Origin: Stramenopiles sp. TOSAG23-6
Lineage: Eukaryota
DNA length: 50,604 bases
Direction of reading: 5' to 3'
Assembly (NCBI GenBank): GCA_900128565.1
Contig: LT635923.1
Coordinates: forward strand, 1-50,604
The translations under genes and the position numbers were made by a program. The notes under the pieces were generated by a model. The model did not search any database and was not told the DNA's origin. It saw only the letters and a program-made list of their open reading frames with translations. Of this stretch, positions 20,772-31,809 are shown piece after piece (position 1 is the first letter of the stretch; the number at the start of each line of letters is the position of its first letter).

Positions 20772-22505
20772 CTACACTTTTACATCTTGAGGACCTTCAT
20801 CTGCGGATGCGTCTAATAAATAATAAATTTTACCCTGGTCTGTCGTTTGATCTGGCAGATAACCGACTTCCTTTTGAATTGCATAACAAACGTAAACAGT
20901 ATCAACCGCACACAACACGATTTCCCCAACAAAGTGCATTACAAGATTGGCGATAGAACCAACGAATAACCCCGAAAACATACTCACAAACTCATTTGTT
21001 TCGGTGTTTCCAAAAAATATCATGCAAACTAGAGTAAACATTGGTATACTCATCGCATACATATACAACAGGAAAAACAAATAGAAAATTATGGGATGGG
21101 ACCAGTCTCCCCCATTATTTTCCAATGTGTTTAGACCAAGCTGATCATCACACCAAGCCCAAGCAGCTAATCCAATACCAAAAGAGACAGCATAGTTTCC
21201 CAACCAAACGACCATTTTGCCTGTAAAGCTAGTAACATATGCATCTTCTAGATGTTTCATAAGAACTGCATAAGAAAATTTTGCAGAGTTCCAGAAACTT
21301 TCTGATGTTATTGCATGGAATACAAGAACAAAACGTGAAATCGTATCGATTACATCGGCAAAGCAACAACATAGAAGCTTCAGAATAATAAATGGAGAAA
21401 TCCAAGCCATCTTACTTTGGGCAAATCTCCGCAAAATTTCGCATATAGCACAAACGCAGGAAGACACTGCAATTACTGGTAAGGATTTGCTAAATGCTAG
21501 CACAAATGAAGTAAGTGCAAGATGATCAGGCTCTTGATTGAAGCACCACGTACCAACTGACATAGATGTAATAAATAAAGAAGCGTGTTTTAAATAAAAT
21601 GCTGACCACATCAGAAGTCCGCCTATTATAATACCCAACCATGTAAACTTATTTTCAGTACCTGCTACACCGTCTTTGCATGTAACATTTACGCTTCGCG
21701 TAAGAAAAATCATCAAATTCACAAGTAATGCAAGAATTCCNAGATAAATCATCTGTACGGGTACAAGAACAAAAAACATGGTCGCACGTGCGAAGATCCC
21801 ACCTACAGCTTGTTCAAGAAAATGAGCAGCATTCAAAAACTTCTGCCTTCTCCAAACCACATAGACCAAATAAATTAACGAAATTGCAGAAACAATAGAA
21901 GCTGATGTATAATGTTCCTTATGGTAGAGATAACCTCCAAAACAGACTGCGCTGTAGTTTATAGATAATTAGATGACAGATTAGTAAAGTGTAGAGTATT
22001 GAAATAAGTGAGTGGCAATATTTTTGATTGAATTTAACATACATCCGAGTACAATTTGCGTAATTACTGTTCCGACGACGAAAAATGTAGCACAAGACTT
22101 CATCAATACCAACCAAAGTAAGGATACACCCACTACTCCAGCAATGAGCAGAGCAGGCACTTCAGGAGCTTTCCTGAAAAATGAGAATAAGGAGTATTCC
22201 TTTTTTTCCAGTCTTCTAGTAGTCTTTTTGTCGATGCATTTACAAATGTCCCGTACAACGTCAGCATTAGGTTTGAACATCTCAATAGGATATTCCTTTA
22301 GATAAGTGTTATTAGGGCAATTAATTATACGACTAGCATACGTTCCTGACGTATTTGCAGATATAAATACATATACAGTCAAAGCAATTTCTGCCAACAC
22401 GGTCAACACAAATAGTAACCCCCAGATTCTGTCAGGAACCCAAGCCGATGGTAGTCTCTCTTCATTAAGGAGAACTTTTGCTTGCAAATAAGGAACGTCT
22501 GCCAT
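20772..22505 (-). CDS. Choline transporter-like (CTL/SLC44/Pns1) membrane protein; exons 22505-22043 and 21946-20772, left copy
   Basis: Multi-TM; D..WGLLF, SKSLPVIA.SS, SRFVLVFHAITSESFWNSAK, AVDTVYVCYA match CTL-family motifs. Confidence 0.85.
21947..22042 (-). other. GT-AG intron (96 nt) unrelated in sequence to the family, left copy
   Basis: Mirror of 28563-28658. Confidence 0.75.
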
Positions 22506-22841
22506 AGTGTTTACGGAAGAGTAGCTTGATCAGAAATAGAACTTAGGATACTCGATTTATCAACTTTTAAATGTACATGCAACCCGTGGAAGATAATAAA
22601 GAAATGGTACCGTTGTCCGTGGGTACCATACCTACATAAATAGGTCCGTTACACGCCGGTCAAGTCAAGGAAATTCAAATCATCAACAACGAACATTTTT
22701 CTACACGAAATATGCTATGGACTAGGAAATTTGAACCAAATATAGCGATAGCTTGAAAAACGGTACCCAAAGAAACGGTCTCTAAAATATATAATAATGA
22801 TAATAATCATAATGTTTTCTTTGTTCATTTGATTTATTTTA

Positions 22842-25302
22842 CTAAAATTTAAAACCAGCTGTTCGATTTGGATGCATACTACGATTTTTCTTTTCGCCTC
22901 TTCTCTTATTTTTTTCTTTCTTCATACATTTATGCGCAGATCTAGCAGGGTTAATGATCACACCAGCTCTAGTATACACTTCTGGTTTAGTGGCTTCATC
23001 AGTCACTCTGGCTGTGTTAATTTCTCTACCCATCGACCTCCGAAGTGTTGCTTCATATTGTTCCCGAGAGGTAAACGGGTATGGTACACGACTAACTTTA
23101 TATCTTGCAGCTTTCTTGTCTCGTTTTTCTGATATTATGACTAAAGGGAGTTTTGCATCTTTTCGAACCGGATTTGTTTTACTTTTCTTTTTCATTTCAA
23201 TTTTACTACGTTTCGAGTTTTTCTTCGTGACTTTTGATCTTCGCTTTCGTTTTGGTTTTCTCGTAGTAACGCCGACACCAGTCCAATCACCCCACCCTTT
23301 TATTTTATTATCCTCGGCAATTACTTTATTTGATCCTTCAATCTCTTCCTTTTCTCTACGAAATTCTTCCTCTGCCATGGCACCAGCACCAGAAAAAGCA
23401 CGCTGTATGAGTTCCTTCTGTGAAAATCCTTCAGATCCTCCATTTGAAGCATTTGAAGCATTTGAAGCATTTGAAGCACTTTTTTGTGTGCAATTCGTCG
23501 TACGTTGAATTTTATTTTCTTTGATATTTCCAGCATTTTCAGCATCAATTTTCAAAAGTGCTTCTTTGACATTTAATCGTTTTTCCTTGTCATTACGAGA
23601 CTTCTCCTCACGCTCAACGCACCGCCTCTGACGTTTTGATGAATGAGTACTTTGTAACCACGGATTTTCTACCGATTCAATCACACCGCTGGCATCGTCA
23701 GTTTGTCGTGAAAGCTCCAACGGCCGTTTTCTGGTGGTCTTCTTGCCAAGAGGTTTCAAAACATCGCATTTATTTTCCGCCTTTTCTTTGTGATTATTTG
23801 ATTCTTCATTAATGTCACTGACAACACCAGTCTTAGTAGTATTTGTAACATCAGCTTTAGGGTTCGGGTTTTGGCCCCAACCCTTTCCTCCACGCTCACT
23901 TGCTGAAAGTACAACACTCTTTTTTTCTAATTCGGGTAGATGATCCGCCACAGAAATATCGCCCTCAAATTCAAAATTTGGTGTTTCGAATAAGTCTAAC
24001 ATATATTGTGAAAAAATACTTCAAATTTGTTTTTTGTTAGGTACAAAATTTCGTATGAAAAAAAACTAAATTCGAAATTGAAATGAAAACGTACTGGGAA
24101 TGATTTACACTTGTACAATTGGATGTATTTGCTGTGTCAATATTATCATTCATACGAATACGAATTCCATCACTCATCTGGATTTTCTTTAATTGTTGTC
24201 CATCGTTTCCAATAGCGTCAGCAATAAAAGCTTCGGCAGTAGCGTCACGTTTAGCATTTTTAATTGATGTTGATGATGATCCACCAAACGATCTACGAGA
24301 TATATTCTTGGCCTCTTCAAATATTTCCGGTTGTTTTCCTTTATTTATTTCGGAAAATTCAGCGAGAAGATTTTCAGCATTTTTCTTCGCAGCAGAACGT
24401 TGTTTCACCAAAGCTCGTTGCATAAATTTAAGCCCGAATAATCCTTTTTCTGGCATTTTTGTTTTACTATCATTTTCAATCTCGACAAGAATCTTCCGAG
24501 CTTTTTCTTCAAGAATTCGTTGCTGCTTTGGGACATTTTTTCCAGATGCTTCCGTCGAGGTTCCAGTAGGGTTAGGATTGTCTTCTTCTACATCACTATC
24601 ACTATCATCAGACTTCTTTTTACGACCAAGTATGTATTGTGAAAAAAAAAATGTTACGGAAAAAAAACGTTAGGTACAAAATTTTCTATGAAAAACTTAA
24701 AATTCATAATGATGAAAACGAACATTTTTGCGTGAAGCAATTCGCGTTGTCGCAATTCATCAAGAACAGCTTTCCGTGCATCATTACTATTCCCACCCCC
24801 ACGTTTTAACGTCTTCTTCATCCATTTCGAAGTATTTCGATGTTTCAATGTCATTCGAAGCTCTGCTCGTTTACGTGCTTCTTTTTCTTCCATTTCTCGT
24901 GCCATTTCCGGATTTGTTTCCCAGAGCAATTCACGTTCCTTTTCTGTTTTTTTAGCGTCTTGTCTTTTTCGTATTTTACGGAAAAGCTTAGATTTAATTT
25001 TTTTTGTACGCTTTAACTTTTGCTCTTCGTAAAACATAAGAGACCTCATCTTTTGCAACTCACGACGCCTAGATTCGATTTGTTTCGGAGTTAACGAATG
25101 AGCCTCAAAAAGCTCATCAGTCTCATCTTCCATCGCTTTTTTCTCATCGCTCATTCCAGTATGATCTAATATTGCAGCAACTTCACGTTCCATATCCGTA
25201 GTTGGTTCGAATTTCGTTCTTAAGGTTGCTGTAGACAATTTCTGTCTAGGTGCCTCATTCACACTCACAAAAGAAAGATGAGAAGATTGTCGATTTTTTT
25301 GT
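22842..25302 (-). CDS. UTP14: U3 snoRNA-associated protein UTP14, 5'-truncated at the palindrome axis; exons 25302-24724, 24631-24095, 24000-22842, left copy
   Basis: Mirror of 25303-27763. Confidence 0.9.
24001..24094 (-). other. Intron-family element D (94 nt, GT...AT), left copy
   Basis: Mirror of 26511-26604. Confidence 0.7.
24632..24723 (-). other. Intron-family element C (92 nt, GT...AT), left copy
   Basis: Mirror of 25882-25973. Confidence 0.72.
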
Positions 25303-27763
25303 ACAAAAAAATCGACAATCTTCTCATCTTTCTTTTGTGAGTGTGAATGAGGCACCTAGACAGAAATTGTCTACAGCAACCTTAAGAACGAAATTCGAAC
25401 CAACTACGGATATGGAACGTGAAGTTGCTGCAATATTAGATCATACTGGAATGAGCGATGAGAAAAAAGCGATGGAAGATGAGACTGATGAGCTTTTTGA
25501 GGCTCATTCGTTAACTCCGAAACAAATCGAATCTAGGCGTCGTGAGTTGCAAAAGATGAGGTCTCTTATGTTTTACGAAGAGCAAAAGTTAAAGCGTACA
25601 AAAAAAATTAAATCTAAGCTTTTCCGTAAAATACGAAAAAGACAAGACGCTAAAAAAACAGAAAAGGAACGTGAATTGCTCTGGGAAACAAATCCGGAAA
25701 TGGCACGAGAAATGGAAGAAAAAGAAGCACGTAAACGAGCAGAGCTTCGAATGACATTGAAACATCGAAATACTTCGAAATGGATGAAGAAGACGTTAAA
25801 ACGTGGGGGTGGGAATAGTAATGATGCACGGAAAGCTGTTCTTGATGAATTGCGACAACGCGAATTGCTTCACGCAAAAATGTTCGTTTTCATCATTATG
25901 AATTTTAAGTTTTTCATAGAAAATTTTGTACCTAACGTTTTTTTTCCGTAACATTTTTTTTTTCACAATACATACTTGGTCGTAAAAAGAAGTCTGATGA
26001 TAGTGATAGTGATGTAGAAGAAGACAATCCTAACCCTACTGGAACCTCGACGGAAGCATCTGGAAAAAATGTCCCAAAGCAGCAACGAATTCTTGAAGAA
26101 AAAGCTCGGAAGATTCTTGTCGAGATTGAAAATGATAGTAAAACAAAAATGCCAGAAAAAGGATTATTCGGGCTTAAATTTATGCAACGAGCTTTGGTGA
26201 AACAACGTTCTGCTGCGAAGAAAAATGCTGAAAATCTTCTCGCTGAATTTTCCGAAATAAATAAAGGAAAACAACCGGAAATATTTGAAGAGGCCAAGAA
26301 TATATCTCGTAGATCGTTTGGTGGATCATCATCAACATCAATTAAAAATGCTAAACGTGACGCTACTGCCGAAGCTTTTATTGCTGACGCTATTGGAAAC
26401 GATGGACAACAATTAAAGAAAATCCAGATGAGTGATGGAATTCGTATTCGTATGAATGATAATATTGACACAGCAAATACATCCAATTGTACAAGTGTAA
26501 ATCATTCCCAGTACGTTTTCATTTCAATTTCGAATTTAGTTTTTTTTCATACGAAATTTTGTACCTAACAAAAAACAAATTTGAAGTATTTTTTCACAAT
26601 ATATGTTAGACTTATTCGAAACACCAAATTTTGAATTTGAGGGCGATATTTCTGTGGCGGATCATCTACCCGAATTAGAAAAAAAGAGTGTTGTACTTTC
26701 AGCAAGTGAGCGTGGAGGAAAGGGTTGGGGCCAAAACCCGAACCCTAAAGCTGATGTTACAAATACTACTAAGACTGGTGTTGTCAGTGACATTAATGAA
26801 GAATCAAATAATCACAAAGAAAAGGCGGAAAATAAATGCGATGTTTTGAAACCTCTTGGCAAGAAGACCACCAGAAAACGGCCGTTGGAGCTTTCACGAC
26901 AAACTGACGATGCCAGCGGTGTGATTGAATCGGTAGAAAATCCGTGGTTACAAAGTACTCATTCATCAAAACGTCAGAGGCGGTGCGTTGAGCGTGAGGA
27001 GAAGTCTCGTAATGACAAGGAAAAACGATTAAATGTCAAAGAAGCACTTTTGAAAATTGATGCTGAAAATGCTGGAAATATCAAAGAAAATAAAATTCAA
27101 CGTACGACGAATTGCACACAAAAAAGTGCTTCAAATGCTTCAAATGCTTCAAATGCTTCAAATGGAGGATCTGAAGGATTTTCACAGAAGGAACTCATAC
27201 AGCGTGCTTTTTCTGGTGCTGGTGCCATGGCAGAGGAAGAATTTCGTAGAGAAAAGGAAGAGATTGAAGGATCAAATAAAGTAATTGCCGAGGATAATAA
27301 AATAAAAGGGTGGGGTGATTGGACTGGTGTCGGCGTTACTACGAGAAAACCAAAACGAAAGCGAAGATCAAAAGTCACGAAGAAAAACTCGAAACGTAGT
27401 AAAATTGAAATGAAAAAGAAAAGTAAAACAAATCCGGTTCGAAAAGATGCAAAACTCCCTTTAGTCATAATATCAGAAAAACGAGACAAGAAAGCTGCAA
27501 GATATAAAGTTAGTCGTGTACCATACCCGTTTACCTCTCGGGAACAATATGAAGCAACACTTCGGAGGTCGATGGGTAGAGAAATTAACACAGCCAGAGT
27601 GACTGATGAAGCCACTAAACCAGAAGTGTATACTAGAGCTGGTGTGATCATTAACCCTGCTAGATCTGCGCATAAATGTATGAAGAAAGAAAAAAATAAG
27701 AGAAGAGGCGAAAAGAAAAATCGTAGTATGCATCCAAATCGAACAGCTGGTTTTAAATTTTAG
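25303..27763 (+). CDS. UTP14: U3 snoRNA-associated protein UTP14, 5'-truncated; exons 25303-25881, 25974-26510, 26605-27763
   Basis: KNRQSSHLSF, MRSLMFYEEQKLKRTKKIKSK.FRKI, RAELRMTLKHRNTSKW, GLFGLKFMQRA, ENPWL, GWGDWTG, VIISEKRDKK..VPYPFTSREQYE are Utp14 hallmarks. Confidence 0.9.
25882..25973 (+). other. Intron-family element C (92 nt, GT...AT)
   Basis: GTTCGTTTTC...TACCTAAC(25929-25936)...TTCACAATACAT; phase 2; gives ELLHAKI-LGRKKKSDDSDSD; no AG between branch motif and end. Confidence 0.72.
26511..26604 (+). other. Intron-family element D (94 nt, GT...AT)
   Basis: GTACGTTTTC...TACCTAAC(26562-26569)...TTCACAATATAT; phase 2; gives NHSQ-LDLFE in frame. Confidence 0.7.
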
Positions 27764-28099
27764 TAAAATAAATCAAATGAACAAAGAAAACATTATGATT
27801 ATTATCATTATTATATATTTTAGAGACCGTTTCTTTGGGTACCGTTTTTCAAGCTATCGCTATATTTGGTTCAAATTTCCTAGTCCATAGCATATTTCGT
27901 GTAGAAAAATGTTCGTTGTTGATGATTTGAATTTCCTTGACTTGACCGGCGTGTAACGGACCTATTTATGTAGGTATGGTACCCACGGACAACGGTACCA
28001 TTTCTTTATTATCTTCCACGGGTTGCATGTACATTTAAAAGTTGATAAATCGAGTATCCTAAGTTCTATTTCTGATCAAGCTACTCTTCCGTAAACACT

Positions 28100-29833
28100 A
28101 TGGCAGACGTTCCTTATTTGCAAGCAAAAGTTCTCCTTAATGAAGAGAGACTACCATCGGCTTGGGTTCCTGACAGAATCTGGGGGTTACTATTTGTGTT
28201 GACCGTGTTGGCAGAAATTGCTTTGACTGTATATGTATTTATATCTGCAAATACGTCAGGAACGTATGCTAGTCGTATAATTAATTGCCCTAATAACACT
28301 TATCTAAAGGAATATCCTATTGAGATGTTCAAACCTAATGCTGACGTTGTACGGGACATTTGTAAATGCATCGACAAAAAGACTACTAGAAGACTGGAAA
28401 AAAAGGAATACTCCTTATTCTCATTTTTCAGGAAAGCTCCTGAAGTGCCTGCTCTGCTCATTGCTGGAGTAGTGGGTGTATCCTTACTTTGGTTGGTATT
28501 GATGAAGTCTTGTGCTACATTTTTCGTCGTCGGAACAGTAATTACGCAAATTGTACTCGGATGTATGTTAAATTCAATCAAAAATATTGCCACTCACTTA
28601 TTTCAATACTCTACACTTTACTAATCTGTCATCTAATTATCTATAAACTACAGCGCAGTCTGTTTTGGAGGTTATCTCTACCATAAGGAACATTATACAT
28701 CAGCTTCTATTGTTTCTGCAATTTCGTTAATTTATTTGGTCTATGTGGTTTGGAGAAGGCAGAAGTTTTTGAATGCTGCTCATTTTCTTGAACAAGCTGT
28801 AGGTGGGATCTTCGCACGTGCGACCATGTTTTTTGTTCTTGTACCCGTACAGATGATTTATCTNGGAATTCTTGCATTACTTGTGAATTTGATGATTTTT
28901 CTTACGCGAAGCGTAAATGTTACATGCAAAGACGGTGTAGCAGGTACTGAAAATAAGTTTACATGGTTGGGTATTATAATAGGCGGACTTCTGATGTGGT
29001 CAGCATTTTATTTAAAACACGCTTCTTTATTTATTACATCTATGTCAGTTGGTACGTGGTGCTTCAATCAAGAGCCTGATCATCTTGCACTTACTTCATT
29101 TGTGCTAGCATTTAGCAAATCCTTACCAGTAATTGCAGTGTCTTCCTGCGTTTGTGCTATATGCGAAATTTTGCGGAGATTTGCCCAAAGTAAGATGGCT
29201 TGGATTTCTCCATTTATTATTCTGAAGCTTCTATGTTGTTGCTTTGCCGATGTAATCGATACGATTTCACGTTTTGTTCTTGTATTCCATGCAATAACAT
29301 CAGAAAGTTTCTGGAACTCTGCAAAATTTTCTTATGCAGTTCTTATGAAACATCTAGAAGATGCATATGTTACTAGCTTTACAGGCAAAATGGTCGTTTG
29401 GTTGGGAAACTATGCTGTCTCTTTTGGTATTGGATTAGCTGCTTGGGCTTGGTGTGATGATCAGCTTGGTCTAAACACATTGGAAAATAATGGGGGAGAC
29501 TGGTCCCATCCCATAATTTTCTATTTGTTTTTCCTGTTGTATATGTATGCGATGAGTATACCAATGTTTACTCTAGTTTGCATGATATTTTTTGGAAACA
29601 CCGAAACAAATGAGTTTGTGAGTATGTTTTCGGGGTTATTCGTTGGTTCTATCGCCAATCTTGTAATGCACTTTGTTGGGGAAATCGTGTTGTGTGCGGT
29701 TGATACTGTTTACGTTTGTTATGCAATTCAAAAGGAAGTCGGTTATCTGCCAGATCAAACGACAGACCAGGGTAAAATTTATTATTTATTAGACGCATCC
29801 GCAGATGAAGGTCCTCAAGATGTAAAAGTGTAG
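28100..29833 (+). CDS. Choline transporter-like (CTL/SLC44) protein; exons 28100-28562 and 28659-29833, right copy
   Basis: Mirror of 20772-22505. Confidence 0.85.
28563..28658 (+). other. GT-AG intron (96 nt), non-family sequence
   Basis: GTATGT donor, TACTAAT (28619-28625), in-frame stop inside; only the second AG (CGCAG, 28658) restores frame: IVLG-F-CFGGYLY. Confidence 0.75.
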
Positions 29834-29955
29834 AAGTCTCTCAAAATCCTTTATCTTGGCACGTACGAAACATTGTAAAAAACAAATCAATAGCATATAA
29901 TAAAAATGTAAGAATTATTATCGAATTATAAAAATAAGTTTATATGCTTTATTAG

Positions 29956-31603
29956 TTATATTAAAAAATTGTTGGGATCTTTATCCAAGCGACTGAAGTG
30001 TTGTGATCTTTCAATGTGTAACTTACTCTTGTCAGATCTGTTTTTCTTTTGTCTTAAATCATAATCATTTCTTGTTTTCTTTTGTCTTGATGGTAAATCA
30101 TAATCATTTCTTGTTTTCTTTTGTCTTGATGTTAAACCATAATCATTTCTTGTTTTCTTTTGTCTTAATGTTAAACCATAATCATTTCTTGTTTTCCTTT
30201 GTCTTAATGGTAAATCATCATCATCGCTTGTACTCACATCACTATCATCATCGCTTGTACTCACATCACTATCATCATTGCTTGTACTCATATCACTATC
30301 ATCATGACTTCGGCAATTTTTATTCTCAGGGCTATCCAAAAACGAATTATTTTCTTCACATTTATCAACTCCGGCAGTTCTGTCCAAAAACGAATTATTT
30401 TCTTCACATTTATCAACTCCGGCAGTTCTGCGTAATCCAAATTTATTTTCATGTTGGAATGAAACCTTTTCGAGTACATCTTTCCAAATCAAATACCGAA
30501 TATATTTATTAAGTTTATTTTTTGACGGAATGACGTCCACAGCTTCTTCCTCACAATACATCCAAATATCCGCATGGATTCTGAAAAAATATTTCGAAAA
30601 AAAATTCGTTAGGTACAAAATTTCATACGAAAAAAAAAATTACATTCAAATTGATATGAAAACGTACTATAGTTGGAGCATCGCCTTGGTATTGACAATT
30701 ATCTATTGCTTTATATATATATGTCAGAACGTTTGGTGTTGGCATATCTACCTTTTTTAAAGATTTCTTTGTATACTCTAAAGGGATGTCTATCGACTTT
30801 CGAACTTGCTGAACTGAATTTCCTCTTATGCTTTCATTTTTTTCTTTTTGTTTTACTGCTAACATAATGTAGTAGCTCCAATGTTTATAGTGCTGTAATG
30901 ATGGACTCGGATTATACGGTTCATTTTGTATCAATTTGGTCAACATCTTCACGCAAGCTAAATTTATAAGCTTTTCCTTATACCCAGAACCGCCAATAGC
31001 AACGTGTTTCAGAGGACAATGTACCCTTCCAAAACAGTTCGAAGTCGAGACACAAACCTCATAAATACCATTTTGAGCATTATGTGACTGGTTTACGGAT
31101 ATCTGATGCTTATGGCAGTATTCTTTAGTTATCGTTTTCGCAAAACGGAAATCTGTTTTTTCTCGTATAATTGCGGACATAGCTAGTGCTGCTTGATTCT
31201 CCAGCATTCCCCAAGCTTTTTCCCTTCGAACCCCGTTTTGTAAATGTTTTACAGAAAATACATTCTTTACACTTTTCGATAACCCTACACACATACAACA
31301 ACATTTTAGCTCCATAGAACCACCATTATTCACAATCTTTGTATATCTCGTATATGTTATATCGCAGTCACTAAAACCAAACGTGTTTTTGATTAAAGTA
31401 ACTAAACCCTGTTTTGTCAAACTCAAACCCTGTTTTGTTAAACCCTTTTTTGACAAACCCTTTTCCACATGATTTCCTGAAGACACGCGCATTTGCGGAC
31501 GAGGTCGACGCTTCTTGTACGGCCTTTCCCGTTTATATTGCCTCATTTGTGACTTTTGTCGTGATGCAAGTCTAATAGCAAGTGTACTTGCACCAAACAT
31601 CAT
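29956..31603 (-). CDS. dsRBD-like/H15-like protein, right copy
   Basis: Mirror of 19002-20649. Confidence 0.6.
30574..30667 (-). other. Intron-family element B, right copy
   Basis: Mirror of 19938-20031. Confidence 0.72.
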
Positions 31604-31809
31604 GTTGAATAACAAAAAAAAAATTCAATTGTGTCTCAAAATTTTCAGTGTACCGGGTACTAACTGTGATGACTTTCGCACGAAATATCAAATAAAATAA
31701 GTAAGGGATTTGATTTGATTTCGATTTGAGATTTCGGATATTTAAACTTTAACATTGCGGTACCTTATCCCTGTATCTACAACTCTGCTGGCTGACCAAA
31801 AATTTCAAT

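Noticed and set aside
25250-25355. Overlapping N-terminus MPHSHSQKKDEKIVDFF on both UTP14 ORFs
   Set aside because: It is antisense read-through across the palindrome axis, not a real start.
25880-25971. Reading the family as minor-spliceosome (U12) AT-AC introns by shifting both ends 2 nt left
   Set aside because: Works formally for C and F (GT-AC for E and G), but creates an in-frame TAG in A and gives TA-CC and CA-AT ends in B and D. The 5' ends lack RTATCCTT and the branch motif is 34-42 nt from the end, unlike U12 introns.
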